Source of the DNA: a virus
Taxonomy: Duplodnaviria; Caudoviricetes
DNA length: 42,811 nt
Reading direction: 5' to 3' (one strand)
Virus record (IMG/VR): IMGVR_UViG_3300005326_000026
Span: 1-42,811 of that record
The number at the start of each line of letters is the position of its first letter. The stretch's first letter is position 1. Of the stretch, positions 26,268 to 36,088 are shown in pieces. Made by a program: the position numbers and the translations under genes. The notes under the pieces are model-generated. The model ran no database searches and had not been told where the DNA came from. It saw nothing but the letters and a program-made list of their open reading frames with translations.

Positions 26268-27426
26268 GATAACCGTGCTTGAGGGCGCGGTGCGGAGCGG
26301 CAAAACGGTCGTGAACTGTATGCTCTTTACCCACCATGTTTGGGAGAGCCGCGGCAAGAAGCGACGTTACATCATCACGGGGACTTCAATCCCATCGATA
26401 CGCAGGAACGTACTTGACGAACTGGAGAATATGAACCTAGGCATCAACCCGATATTATCCCAGTCAAACGAGTTTCAGATGTTCGGGAATACTGTCTCCT
26501 GCTTCGGTTCAGCGAATATCGACTCGTACAAGGTAATTAAGGGCTTCACCGCTCACGGCTGGCTAGCCAACGAGGTCACCGAACACCACGCCGCGACGGT
26601 TGACCAGTGCTTCAAACGCTGCTCCGGGGATGGTGCAAGGATATTTTGGGACACCAACCCCGCAGGACCAGACCATCCGATTAAAGTCAATTACATCGAC
26701 AAGGACGGTGATCTTCTTTCAGACGGGCGACTTCACATTAAAAGCTGGCACTTCACCCTGGACGACAACGCCTTCCTTTCGGACGAGTACAAAGAATCGC
26801 TGAAGAAGTCCACTCCGTCGGGGATGTTCTACGACCGCGACATTAACGGCCTGTGGGTAGCCGCCGAGGGCATGATTTACAGAGACTTTGACCTTGGGGT
26901 TCATGTGCTCGACGTTGCGCCGGGCAATCTCAAGGAATACTTCGCTGGTATCGACTGGGGATTTGAGCACAATGGCGTCATCGCTCTCTACGGCCTAGAC
27001 CACGACGGGAACGCTTTCAGATTGCGCGAGATCGTGGCAAAGCAGCAGTCGATTGACTGGTGGGCGCATGAGGCGATGGAACTGAACAATACTCATCACG
27101 GATTGACGTTCTACGCCGATCCCGCCCGGCCCGACCACATAGCAGCACTGAGGGGTCGCGGGCTGGTGGTTCATGAGGCCGAAAACCCGGTAGTCGAGGG
27201 TATTACGTTCGTCGCAGAGTGTTTTAAGAAGCGACGTTTGTATATTGTGCAACAGTATAACCGGAATTACTTACGCGAGATTTACAACTATCGCTGGAAG
27301 GAAAACTCAGCGAAAGAAGAGCCGATTAAGATGGATGACGACTCCATGGATTCCGAGCGCTATGCCTTATATTCTCATCTTGGCCGCAGCCGTGAGGTTC
27401 GGGCCACATTTTCGTTGTACAGGTAG
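26212..27426 (+). CDS. terL: Terminase large subunit, PBSX-like
   Basis: EGAVRSGKT Walker A, DTNP, GIDWG, DDSMDSERYA nuclease motifs. Confidence 0.95.
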   Translation: MLTQKQHDIIAFDNLHRPRITVLEGAVRSGKTVVNCMLFTHHVWESRGKKRRYIITGTSIPSIRRNVLDELENMNLGINPILSQSNEFQMFGNTVSCFGSANIDSYKVIKGFTAHGWLANEVTEHHAATVDQCFKRCSGDGARIFWDTNPAGPDHPIKVNYIDKDGDLLSDGRLHIKSWHFTLDDNAFLSDEYKESLKKSTPSGMFYDRDINGLWVAAEGMIYRDFDLGVHVLDVAPGNLKEYFAGIDWGFEHNGVIALYGLDHDGNAFRLREIVAKQQSIDWWAHEAMELNNTHHGLTFYADPARPDHIAALRGRGLVVHEAENPVVEGITFVAECFKKRRLYIVQQYNRNYLREIYNYRWKENSAKEEPIKMDDDSMDSERYALYSHLGRSREVRATFSLYR

Positions 27427-27431
27427 GGGAA

Positions 27432-28907
27432 ATGCTAATTACAAATATCACGTCGCCGCCCACGGCAAAGCAGATAGGATTGATCATAAAGAGCGCCGCT
27501 GATCGCCATAGAGTGCTCTACGAGCTTTACGACCGATATAAGGCCGGCGCCGATGGTACGCCCATCAAGACGCGGGAGTACTACATCGGCTCTACTAAGC
27601 AGACCGACAAGATCAATAACAAGATTAACAACGACTTCTTTGGCGAGATTATTGACGTTAAGGTGGGGTTTTTCACCGGCATTCCCATCGTCTACGATCT
27701 TGACCGCACTGTATACGAGACTAAAAAGACTGTGCTGAATACGGTCATGGACAAGGCGCGGCAGGCAATCGGCATGGCCCCAAAACCGGAGAAGAAAGAG
27801 ACGACAGTAAGCCCGCAGTACGACAAAGACCTTGCATTTATCCGTGACTTCAACAAGCTGAACAGCGTAGCCGACCTTGACGCCGAGACGGCAAAAAGGG
27901 CGTCTATCTGCGGACTGTGCGGGAGGCTGCTGTATGTCGAGGAGGGCACCGGGGACTTGCGGGCGATGGCCGTCAATCCGTGGGAATGTATCTTCATTGG
28001 GCCATCGGTTGACGTGCCGCTTTATTCGATCAGGTATTATACGGTCATGGGTTTGGGCGAAGACGGCAAAGAAACGAAGATACACAAGGCATATCTCTAC
28101 GACGCATTCAACGTGACCGAGTTTACGCGGGACGACGACGAAGAAGAGTACAAGCATGGAAAAGTAGTGCGGCACATGCTGCCCGGCAATCCGCTCATAG
28201 GCTTTGCCAACAACGACGAGCTTCAGGGCGACGCTGAGAAGGAGATTGAACTCATAGATGCTTACGATCGCGCGCTTTCCGATGTCAACAACGAGGTCGA
28301 GCAATTCAGGCTGGCCTATATGGTTTTCAGGGGGGCACAGATCACGGGGGACGTGATGAAGCAGGCCCAGCAGACCGGCGGCTTTTCGCTTACCGATCCA
28401 AACGGCAGCGTGGATTTCATAACCAAGAAGATCGACGACGCCATAATTGAGCACCACCTCGACCGCATCGAAGCCAACATCTACCGCTTCAGCAAGACGC
28501 CGAACATGAAGGACATCCAGTTCGGGAGCAATCTTACCGGGGTTGCGATGGCGTTCAAGTTCCGACCGTTCGAGTACAAGTGTATTACTTCCGAGCTTAA
28601 GTTCAAGAAGTCCCTTCGTCAGCAGTTCAAACTCTTGTCTGAAATCTGGAACGCTAAGGGCGCAAAGATCGACTATCTTGACGTTGATTTCATTTTTACC
28701 CGCAACTACCCGCAGAACCTTCTTGAGGAAGCAGAAATCCAGACCAAACTAAAGGGAGTTGTGAGCGACAAAACTCGGCTTTCACTGGCATCGTTCATTG
28801 ACGATCCCGAACAGGAGCTTGAAAACCTGAACAACGATAAAGAGTCGATGATTATGCCGCCGCTTGAACAAGGCGACGGAGAGGAGGTTTCGCAAGGTGC
28901 CGCATAA
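27432..28907 (+). CDS. Portal protein, SPP1 gp6-like
   Basis: NNKINNDFFGEIID, LIDAYDRALSD..N.VEQFR.AY, SNLTGVAM, FTRNYPQN. Confidence 0.93.
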   Translation: MLITNITSPPTAKQIGLIIKSAADRHRVLYELYDRYKAGADGTPIKTREYYIGSTKQTDKINNKINNDFFGEIIDVKVGFFTGIPIVYDLDRTVYETKKTVLNTVMDKARQAIGMAPKPEKKETTVSPQYDKDLAFIRDFNKLNSVADLDAETAKRASICGLCGRLLYVEEGTGDLRAMAVNPWECIFIGPSVDVPLYSIRYYTVMGLGEDGKETKIHKAYLYDAFNVTEFTRDDDEEEYKHGKVVRHMLPGNPLIGFANNDELQGDAEKEIELIDAYDRALSDVNNEVEQFRLAYMVFRGAQITGDVMKQAQQTGGFSLTDPNGSVDFITKKIDDAIIEHHLDRIEANIYRFSKTPNMKDIQFGSNLTGVAMAFKFRPFEYKCITSELKFKKSLRQQFKLLSEIWNAKGAKIDYLDVDFIFTRNYPQNLLEEAEIQTKLKGVVSDKTRLSLASFIDDPEQELENLNNDKESMIMPPLEQGDGEEVSQGAA

Positions 28908-29208
28908 CAAAAAAACTTACGTATGCAGCGGCAAGAACTGGGAGCGTGGTGGTTCAGTTGGGTGGTTCACTGTTGACGATATTGTCTCCGTTAAGGGACC
29001 CACAAACTGCCTAGACTCGACAGGTGAATGGTATTTCCGCGTTTCATTGTGTGGTGGTGAGTCATTTACCTGCCGGTCGATTGAATGTGATACTTCATAT
29101 TACGACGGAGAGTTTCATGCGGTTTCTCGCAAGAGCGGCGAGGCCGAGATTCGCAAAGTCTACGATCAATTCCTCAAGGATGTTGGTGTCGATATTGTTT
29201 CAGAATAA
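28897..29208 (+). CDS. Hypothetical protein
   Basis: GTG start after GAGGAGG; overlaps the portal stop and the pseB start. Confidence 0.5.
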   Translation: MPHNKKTYVCSGKNWERGGSVGWFTVDDIVSVKGPTNCLDSTGEWYFRVSLCGGESFTCRSIECDTSYYDGEFHAVSRKSGEAEIRKVYDQFLKDVGVDIVSE

Positions 29209-30139
29209 GACTATACTCATAACCGGCGGAACCGGTAGCTTCGGGAATAAGTTCACCGAGCGCTTACTCAAGCACGATCCCAAGAAGATCATCATCTACT
29301 CGCGGGACGAGTACAAGCAGTACATCATGGCGCAGAAGTTCGACGACCCGCGGATCAGGTTTTTCATCGGTGACGTCAGGGACAAGGACCGTCTCTATCG
29401 TGCCTGTGCTGGTGTTGACTATATCATCCACGCCGCGGCATTGAAGCACGTTCCGATTTGTGAGTACAATCCAATCGAGGCGATACGCACAAACACCATA
29501 GGGGCGATAAACGTAATTGACGTGGCCATCGACCGCGGAGTGAAACAGGTAGTCGCGCTCTCGACAGACAAGGCCGTCAATCCTGTGAACCTCTACGGGG
29601 CTACAAAGCTCTGTTCAGACAAGCTTTTCATCGCCGGCAATTCATACTCTCCGCGCGGCGGTACTACATTCAGCGTGGTCAGATATGGAAATGTTGCGAA
29701 TTCGCGCGGGTCTGTTATCCCATTATTCGAGCAGATGAAGCGCGACGGGGCTGCCGAACTGCCCGTGACTCATCCAGATATGACTCGGTTTTACATCACG
29801 CTCGACCAGGGTGTTGATCTTGTTTTTAAGGCTTTTGCCGACATGCGCGGCGGTGAAATATTCGTTGCCAAGATACCTTCGTTTCGCATAGTTGACCTTG
29901 TGCGCTCCATGGGATGCCGGCCGAATGTCATAGGGATAAGGCCCGGCGAGAAGTTGCACGAGATAATGATAACCGCCGAGGACGCGCGCAATACTTACGA
30001 GTATCAAGAGCACTACATAATTTATCCTGCGTTTTCGTGGTGGACCAGCGACAGGTTCCACGATGGCGGGGTGCAGGTCGCCGAAGGATTTACGTATTCG
30101 TCTGACAAAAACAGTGAGTGGATATTCCAGGGGGTTTAA
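29180..30139 (+). CDS. pseB: UDP-GlcNAc 4,6-dehydratase (inverting)
   Basis: ITGGTGSFG, YSRDEYKQ, HAAALKHVP, STDKAVNPVNLYGATK, RYGNVANSRGSV, GIRPGEKLHE; start 29180 or TTG 29195. Confidence 0.92.
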   Translation: MLVSILFQNKTILITGGTGSFGNKFTERLLKHDPKKIIIYSRDEYKQYIMAQKFDDPRIRFFIGDVRDKDRLYRACAGVDYIIHAAALKHVPICEYNPIEAIRTNTIGAINVIDVAIDRGVKQVVALSTDKAVNPVNLYGATKLCSDKLFIAGNSYSPRGGTTFSVVRYGNVANSRGSVIPLFEQMKRDGAAELPVTHPDMTRFYITLDQGVDLVFKAFADMRGGEIFVAKIPSFRIVDLVRSMGCRPNVIGIRPGEKLHEIMITAEDARNTYEYQEHYIIYPAFSWWTSDRFHDGGVQVAEGFTYSSDKNSEWIFQGV

Positions 30140-30420
30140 TGAAATCTGAATTAAGTATTTTAACAATCGAGAAAGCACAAATAGAGAATGCTATTTTGCA
30201 GTTAAAAAAGAAAATAAGCGCAATAGATCAAAAGATACGGATGATCCATAAAGTTAATAAGAGCGATCAAGAAAAGGAGGATGAAGTTAGGAACTTATTG
30301 GGTTATGCAATGGATTCTCATTCAAAAAGTCTTTGGCAAGAAGCTCTTGCCCGATGTAAAAATTATTTTCCAGACAGGCAGGAAATATTTGGCCTGGATA
30401 TAGAGAAACAACTTGATTAA
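30139..30420 (+). CDS. Hypothetical protein (AT-rich)
   Basis: TAATG coupling with pseB; coiled coil. Confidence 0.55.
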   Translation: MKSELSILTIEKAQIENAILQLKKKISAIDQKIRMIHKVNKSDQEKEDEVRNLLGYAMDSHSKSLWQEALARCKNYFPDRQEIFGLDIEKQLD

Positions 30421-30441
30421 TATCAAACAAGGAGGACCGGA

Positions 30442-30840
30442 ATGCATTTAATTCATAAATGGCAGGCAATAGATAAGAGAATAGAACACATAGAAAATTA
30501 TTTTGCCGACTACTTGCAGATTAAAAATTATATTATCACATATAAGTGTTCGGTTTGCGGTAAGACGAAAGCAGCAAGATATAAAGAATATTCAGAGATT
30601 GTGAGAGAATCGAAAACAGAAAATGGAAACGGTTTTAAAACGAAAGAGTTCAGTTTATGGCGAAGCAATGATTCCAATATTAGTTACTCACGCGATCGAA
30701 TCAAATTGGTTATGGATGCTGCCCTAAAATGGATCAACGACAATAATATCAATGTTATTAACATAAGCGAAGATTGTTATTGCGGTGGTCGGTGGACCGA
30801 AGAAGAAAGAGGTTCTACCGTAAAAGTTTATTATAAATAA
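30442..30840 (+). CDS. Hypothetical protein (AT-rich, Zn-ribbon-like)
   Basis: SD AAGGAGG; HKW...CSVCGK. Confidence 0.6.
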   Translation: MHLIHKWQAIDKRIEHIENYFADYLQIKNYIITYKCSVCGKTKAARYKEYSEIVRESKTENGNGFKTKEFSLWRSNDSNISYSRDRIKLVMDAALKWINDNNINVINISEDCYCGGRWTEEERGSTVKVYYK

Positions 30841-30936
30841 TTGGGATGTTTATCGAGTGAATACATTTTACCGCATACTGCTTGCCGTGTTTACAGCTTT
30901 TATGCTGTATGCCGCGCTTAGGATTTGCGAGTCGAT

Positions 30937-31554
30937 ATGAAGCCTTACGACATAGTGGCAGCACTAGAGGGCCGCGTTGCGGAGTACGCCGGGGCACCGT
31001 GCGCTGTGGCGGTGGACTCATGCACCAACGCTCTATTGCTTGCCCTGCGCCTGCACTTCATGGCGACAACCGAGCGCGAGGTCATACTACCGGCTTATAC
31101 CTACGTCGGAGTGGCGTATTCAGTGCTTAACGCCGGTGGTTATTGCGGATTCACTGACTACCGATGGTCGGGTGCATACAGACTCGGAAAGACCAATATC
31201 ATCGACTCAGCGAGGCGCTTCCGTCGGGGCATGTACGAGCCCGGAACGATGTACTGCCTTTCGGCTCATTGGGGCAAGCACTTAAAAATCGGGCGCGGTG
31301 GATTTATTTTGCTTGACAATGTAGACGACGCTAGTATGTTGCGTATTATGAGATTCGACGGGCGCACCGCTGGCATTCCTCCGGCGCGAGACATGTTCCA
31401 CCTTCCGGGGCAGCACTGTTACATGCTACCAGAGGAGGCCGCGCGGGGTCTGACGTTAATGAACTACATGCCCGACGATAATCAAGACCTGCCGTGGGAT
31501 GAGTATCCAGACCTGCGTAAGTTTCCCGTGTTCCAGAGGCCGTATGCGTCTTGA
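30937..31554 (+). CDS. DegT/DnrJ/PseC-family PLP sugar aminotransferase (short form)
   Basis: AEYAGAPCAVAVDSCTNALLLAL, PAYTY, IIDSA, SAHWGKHL..GRGG (PLP lysine). Confidence 0.85.
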   Translation: MKPYDIVAALEGRVAEYAGAPCAVAVDSCTNALLLALRLHFMATTEREVILPAYTYVGVAYSVLNAGGYCGFTDYRWSGAYRLGKTNIIDSARRFRRGMYEPGTMYCLSAHWGKHLKIGRGGFILLDNVDDASMLRIMRFDGRTAGIPPARDMFHLPGQHCYMLPEEAARGLTLMNYMPDDNQDLPWDEYPDLRKFPVFQRPYAS

Positions 31555-32050
31555 CGCTATGAGCCGCGAGAACGCCGAGACAGTGAGGCATTGGCGTAAC
31601 CTCGATATAGATATGTATCGCACTCCGTTCCCGCTGACAAAAGAGATGCAGGAGGACTTCTATGTTAACGCAATTTCAAGTCGTGTTTCGCCTCACCGTT
31701 TTTGGGCTGTTTATCGCGATATGTCTTTTGTTGGCATGGTTGGCCTAGTCAATGTTTCCCTCGAAAACAGGAGCGCTGAAATATCTGTTGTCATTGATCC
31801 CGAAAGGCGCGGCGAAGGCATAGGCAAGCAGGCCGTTAACATGCTTCTATCCGAGGGGTTCAACCGTCTTAATCTTGATAACATCTATGGTGAGTGCTAC
31901 GAGTGCAGCAAGGCCATAGGATTTTGGCGCTCGATCTGCAAGGAGCGCGGAGTCGTGACTCATAAGTTGCCGCGCAGAAAGTACGTAGACGGCGTGTACT
32001 GGAATTCGATATACTTTAACTTTATGCGCTCAAACCAGGAGGGGATATGA
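31544..32050 (+). CDS. GNAT N-acetyltransferase (PseH-like)
   Basis: VRHWRN, FVGMVGL, RRGEGIGK acetyl-CoA motif. Confidence 0.8.
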   Translation: MRLDAMSRENAETVRHWRNLDIDMYRTPFPLTKEMQEDFYVNAISSRVSPHRFWAVYRDMSFVGMVGLVNVSLENRSAEISVVIDPERRGEGIGKQAVNMLLSEGFNRLNLDNIYGECYECSKAIGFWRSICKERGVVTHKLPRRKYVDGVYWNSIYFNFMRSNQEGI

Positions 32051-32655
32051 TTATACTAGACTGTGGATCGGGGAATACCTGCAAAAACTCGATTGAGTAC
32101 GCCTGCCGAATGGTGAAGGAGATCGCCGAGATCGGCTCCCGGCAGAACATCATCATAAAATGGCAGCTCTTTAAGCGCGCCGGCGACAACGCGCCATTAT
32201 CGCTTGAAGTATTTGAACGCGCCTACCGCTACGCCGCTGCTATGGGCCTGCGAACTACCGCCAGCGTGTTCGACAAAGACAGCCTCGACTTTCTCTTGAC
32301 CTATGACGTGCCGTTCATTAAGCTTGCCAACAACGGGGCGTCTCAAATACTCGCCGCTGATATACCGGAAGATAGGGCCGTCATCATAAGCACCGACAAA
32401 CCGACGCTTCAGGCCGGTTCTAACTTCAAGTTCATGTACTGCATATCCGAGTACCCGGCGAAGGCGAAGGACTACATTGACAAGTTCGGCGATAAACTCA
32501 AAGACGGACTGAGCGACCACACTACTGACTTTGAGCTATTCAAGAAGTACCAGCCGAAAATTTACGAGTGCCATGTTAAGCTCAACGACTCCACCGGTCC
32601 CGATGCTGGCAATTTCGCGCGGACGCCGGAGCAGTTGAAGGAGATATTGCTTTGA
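32047..32655 (+). CDS. NeuB/PseI-family nonulosonic acid synthase (short form)
   Basis: KWQLF, SVFD..SLDFL, FIKLA, IIST, CISEYPA, GLSDHT, ECHVKL, GPD. Confidence 0.85.
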   Translation: MIILDCGSGNTCKNSIEYACRMVKEIAEIGSRQNIIIKWQLFKRAGDNAPLSLEVFERAYRYAAAMGLRTTASVFDKDSLDFLLTYDVPFIKLANNGASQILAADIPEDRAVIISTDKPTLQAGSNFKFMYCISEYPAKAKDYIDKFGDKLKDGLSDHTTDFELFKKYQPKIYECHVKLNDSTGPDAGNFARTPEQLKEILL

Positions 32656-33296
32656 ATCTCTGCATAATACCAGCCCGCGCCGGCAGCAAGCGGATACCTA
32701 AGAAGAACACGCGGTCCTTTCTAGGCCGTCCCATAATCGAGTATCCGCTCGACGCTGCGAACTACTCCAACCTATTTCAGCAGATCATCATATCTACCGA
32801 TGACGCATACATCGCCGAAAATTACTCAGTCTACGTGCCATTTTTACGCAGCCCTGAAGCGGCGACCGATACGGCAACTTTAACAGCCGTGGTGCTTGAC
32901 GTGCTTACCCACTACAACCAGTACGACAAGATTTGTGTCATATTGCCGACGGCGGTATTTACGCAGCCGTTCGATTTGCTTTCAGCTTACAATAAGCTGG
33001 ACGATGGCATTGACGCCGTGGTCCCCGTTTGCCCTTATGAGCACCCGATAGAGCGCGCGTTTTACCGTGACGATGGGCTTCTGTACATGCTCAATCCAGA
33101 TAGCGCGATGACGCGAACTCAGGACTTGACTCCGAAGTACCATGATGCGGGGCAATTCTACTGGCTATCGGTTCAATCATTTTTGGAACATCGCAGGTTT
33201 TTCATGCCGCGCACCTTACCGTATATTATGCGCGCGGTGGACATAGATACGGAATCAGACTGGAAGCGCGCGGAGGCTATCATTGGACACGCTTGA
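32652..33296 (+). CDS. pseF: CMP-nonulosonate synthetase (PseF/NeuA-like)
   Basis: IIPARAGSKRIPKKN, ISTDD, RTQDL...YHDAGQFYW, DIDTESDW. Confidence 0.88.
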   Translation: MNLCIIPARAGSKRIPKKNTRSFLGRPIIEYPLDAANYSNLFQQIIISTDDAYIAENYSVYVPFLRSPEAATDTATLTAVVLDVLTHYNQYDKICVILPTAVFTQPFDLLSAYNKLDDGIDAVVPVCPYEHPIERAFYRDDGLLYMLNPDSAMTRTQDLTPKYHDAGQFYWLSVQSFLEHRRFFMPRTLPYIMRAVDIDTESDWKRAEAIIGHA

Positions 33297-33876
33297 TTTT
33301 TGGGCCGGTAGTTTCGGAGACGATTACACCGAGCGCAACGTGGGCAGGGTTAACAATAACATCGCCCTTTTTAGCGGAATTTCCGTGTTCATGAAAAAGC
33401 CGGAATCAGTGATCGAGTTTGGTGCCGGTTCCGGAGAGAACATACAGGCGATGAAATACGTCTGGCCCGATGCGCTCTACTCAGCGGTTGAGATCAACGC
33501 GAACGCATGCCGCCGTCTATCTGATCTAGACAATGTAATTATACAGCATCGGTCTATCTATGACTCCGACCTGCTCCCTGCCGATTTTGTGCTGACCAAG
33601 GGGCTGTTAATACACATCCCGCCGGAGCGCATAGAAGAAGCCTACGACCAGCTATACAGCCATGCCAAGCGCTACATTCTTTTGTGCGAATACTACAATC
33701 CTACACTGGTAGCCGTGCCGTACCGGGGCCATGCGGGGAAGCTGTGGAAGCGAGATTTCGCGGGAGAAATGCTTGACAGGTACGGAGATTTGCGGTTAGT
33801 GGAATACGGCTTTGTGTACCGCCGTGACGGTCTGCCGCAAGACGATATTACATGGTTTTTGTTGAAGAAGTCTTGA
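33283..33876 (+). CDS. Pseudaminic-acid-biosynthesis-associated SAM methyltransferase
   Basis: FWAGSFGDDYTERN, EFGAGSG, GLLIHI, EYYNPT...PYRGH...KRDFAGE, QDDITWFL. Confidence 0.88.
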   Translation: MDTLDFWAGSFGDDYTERNVGRVNNNIALFSGISVFMKKPESVIEFGAGSGENIQAMKYVWPDALYSAVEINANACRRLSDLDNVIIQHRSIYDSDLLPADFVLTKGLLIHIPPERIEEAYDQLYSHAKRYILLCEYYNPTLVAVPYRGHAGKLWKRDFAGEMLDRYGDLRLVEYGFVYRRDGLPQDDITWFLLKKS

Positions 33877-33980
33877 TATTTTGCCTGCATCAGAAGACCG
33901 GGAAAGTATGCCCGATGACTGGCAGGCCGCCGGAGTGGTCGATGAAGTGTAGCGGCTGCCCGAGCTTAATTCAACGATAG
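33873..33980 (+). CDS. Possible 35-aa Cys-rich peptide (not in ORF track)
   Basis: TTGA overlap; MIFCLHQKTGKVCPMTGRPPEWSMKCSGCPSLIQR fills the gap exactly. Confidence 0.35.
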   Translation: MIFCLHQKTGKVCPMTGRPPEWSMKCSGCPSLIQR

Positions 33981-33987
33981 GAGACTT

Positions 33988-34983
33988 ATGAGACTTTGCA
34001 GTAAATGCGGATTTATTTTAGACACGCGGCCCGGACTACAGGAGCGTAACGGGGTGTGCCTCGCTTGCATCAACAGCGAGCGCAAGAAGACGATTGATTT
34101 TAAGGCGCGGCAAGAGTGGTTGACGGGCTACATCAAGAAGCGGCGCACTCATCCCGAATACGACTGTGTCATTGCTGTTTCAGGTGGGAAGGATAGCCAC
34201 ATGATCGTGCGCAGGCTTATCGAAAATCACGAAGTCAAAAACCCGTTGCTCGTATCGGTGACTGATGAGTTTACCCACACAAGGGCGGGTAAGCACAACA
34301 TTGACAATCTTGTCAACCGGTACGATCTGGACCTTATTACTTTTCGGTGCAAGCCGCAGACGTTTAAGCGGGAAACGCTGAAGGACTTCGAGGGCGAGCT
34401 GCACCCGCTGAAGTGGATCGAGGGAAAGATTTATAAAGTCCCCGTTGAGATTGCGAAGAACTACGGAATATCACTGGTATTCTTCGGCGAGAATTCGGCG
34501 TTTGAGTATGGTACAAGCGACAATCTTGATATCTGGCATCCGGCATCCGAGATGGGTAAATGTGAGATCATTTTCATGGGAGCGATTTATCCGTACTCGA
34601 TTACCGACTCTTTGGAGTGCGCGCGAGAGATAGGCTTTAAAGACCTCGACGACTTCAACGAGTGGCCGCGACAGGGTAGCATCGACCAGTACACGCAGAT
34701 CGACTCCGTGGCCTACATCATCCAGTTGTGGACGAAATACGTGAAGTTTGGGTTCCAGAGGGCTTCGGACGTGGCGTGTCGTTTCGTGAGGGAGGGGCTT
34801 ATGACGCGCGAGCAGGCAATCGAGGCCATCGACCAGCACGATTACGTGTGTGATCCAATGGCCAAATATGATTTCTGTCAGACTATAGGGATCACGGAGC
34901 AGCACTTTGACAGCGTGGTCGATCGCCATGCAAACAAAGAACTCGTCGCAAAGGATGGCCTTTCATGGCGTCGAAAGTCATAG
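33988..34983 (+). CDS. N-acetyl sugar amidotransferase (WbuX/PseA-like, PP-loop)
   Basis: CSKC...RPG...GVCLAC, YDCVIAVSGGKDSH, FFGENSAFEYG, KYVKFGF. Confidence 0.88.
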   Translation: MRLCSKCGFILDTRPGLQERNGVCLACINSERKKTIDFKARQEWLTGYIKKRRTHPEYDCVIAVSGGKDSHMIVRRLIENHEVKNPLLVSVTDEFTHTRAGKHNIDNLVNRYDLDLITFRCKPQTFKRETLKDFEGELHPLKWIEGKIYKVPVEIAKNYGISLVFFGENSAFEYGTSDNLDIWHPASEMGKCEIIFMGAIYPYSITDSLECAREIGFKDLDDFNEWPRQGSIDQYTQIDSVAYIIQLWTKYVKFGFQRASDVACRFVREGLMTREQAIEAIDQHDYVCDPMAKYDFCQTIGITEQHFDSVVDRHANKELVAKDGLSWRRKS

Positions 34984-35171
34984 CATTTTTCATCATGCGC
35001 TTGCAGCTTTTGGCTTATATAATGATACAGCTTTTAACGCTGGCATTCACGATAGTCCTGCTGTGCGTGTTTATGTTTCTCCCGCTATCGGCCTTGGCTC
35101 GGTGGTGGGAGGCGCAGCAGACCGCGAAAGACATGCCAAAGCCTGATTTGCGGACCGTGAATGTAAATTGA
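34965..35171 (+). CDS. Small membrane protein
   Basis: Long hydrophobic stretch; overlaps both neighbours. Confidence 0.4.
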   Translation: MASKVIAFFIMRLQLLAYIMIQLLTLAFTIVLLCVFMFLPLSALARWWEAQQTAKDMPKPDLRTVNVN

Positions 35172-36076
35172 CGCAAAGAGAACTAGAGAAGCGCGCGGGC
35201 GCAGCCGTTGACCGTGTTTTAACCGACGCGGAGAAACAGCTCGTCCGCGAGTACCGCGACGCGCTTAAAAGCGTCAAGTCAGACCTGGCCGCGCTTTACG
35301 AGAAATACTCAGTAGACGGAAGTCTGACCTACGCCGAGATGAGCAAGTATAATCGGCTAAAGACGCTCAACACCAACATTGCGGCTGAACTCAACGCGCT
35401 AGGGCAGGCACAGGATAAGACCATCAAGACGCTTGTGGGAGACGCCTACGAGGAATCATTCTACCGCTACGGTTATTCACTTGACGCTGGCAACGGCCTT
35501 GACATAGGCTTCGGGCCAGTCAACCGAGAGACGATATTGGGCCTGATCAACGAGCCGAACGTGTCCGGTCTATCGCTTAAAGAGCAGCTATCAAAGCAGC
35601 GGTATGACCTCTTGATACGCCAGCGTCAGACCATGATTCAGGGATTCGTCAAGGGCGAGTCTTACGTCAATATCGCAAAAGCCTTGACAGACAGCTTCGG
35701 TATATCTCTCAACAACGCGATGAGGATAGCCAGAACCGAGGGCGCAAGGGCTGCCACCGAAGGGCAGGTCGCGGCTTACGACGAAGCCGAGGCCCGAGGC
35801 GTGGAGATTGACCGGATATGGGTTGCGTCTCTGGACGGTAGGACAAGGCCCGAGCATGGCGCGCTTGACAGGCAAGTGGCCGACGAGGATGGGATGTTCC
35901 ATTCGCAGGGGATGAGTGCCGAAGGGCCGGGCATGTGGGGCGATGCCTCGATGGATATTAACTGCCGCTGTACGGTGAGGGCCGAAGTCAAGGGATTCCC
36001 GCCGAAGCTTCGCCGCTACGACGGCGAAGTCAAGGAATACATCACCTATGAAGAATGGAAAAAAAATCACGAATAG
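35168..36076 (+). CDS. Minor head protein (SPP1 gp7 / Mu gpF-like)
   Basis: RIARTE, WVASLDGRTRPEH..LD, INCRC. Confidence 0.92.
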   Translation: MTQRELEKRAGAAVDRVLTDAEKQLVREYRDALKSVKSDLAALYEKYSVDGSLTYAEMSKYNRLKTLNTNIAAELNALGQAQDKTIKTLVGDAYEESFYRYGYSLDAGNGLDIGFGPVNRETILGLINEPNVSGLSLKEQLSKQRYDLLIRQRQTMIQGFVKGESYVNIAKALTDSFGISLNNAMRIARTEGARAATEGQVAAYDEAEARGVEIDRIWVASLDGRTRPEHGALDRQVADEDGMFHSQGMSAEGPGMWGDASMDINCRCTVRAEVKGFPPKLRRYDGEVKEYITYEEWKKNHE

Positions 36077-36088
36077 AAAAAAAAGTTG

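Noticed and set aside
27435-28457. 340-aa minus-strand ORF and other minus-strand ORFs
   Set aside because: Antisense shadows of well-supported plus-strand genes, with no motifs or SD.
29024-29179. N-terminal extension of PseB in the ORF track
   Set aside because: Overlaps another ORF; family similarity begins only at FQNKTILITGG.
33283-33876. DNA methyltransferase or DNA hypermodification role for the sugar cluster
   Set aside because: No DPPY/NPPY/PC motif and no base-hydroxymethylase to create a DNA acceptor; the sequence matches the Pse-associated methylase type.
33882-33930. Ribozyme or riboswitch (GCCTGC...GCAGGC stem)
   Set aside because: No intact hammerhead core or recognisable aptamer; a small Cys-rich ORF explains the gap equally well.
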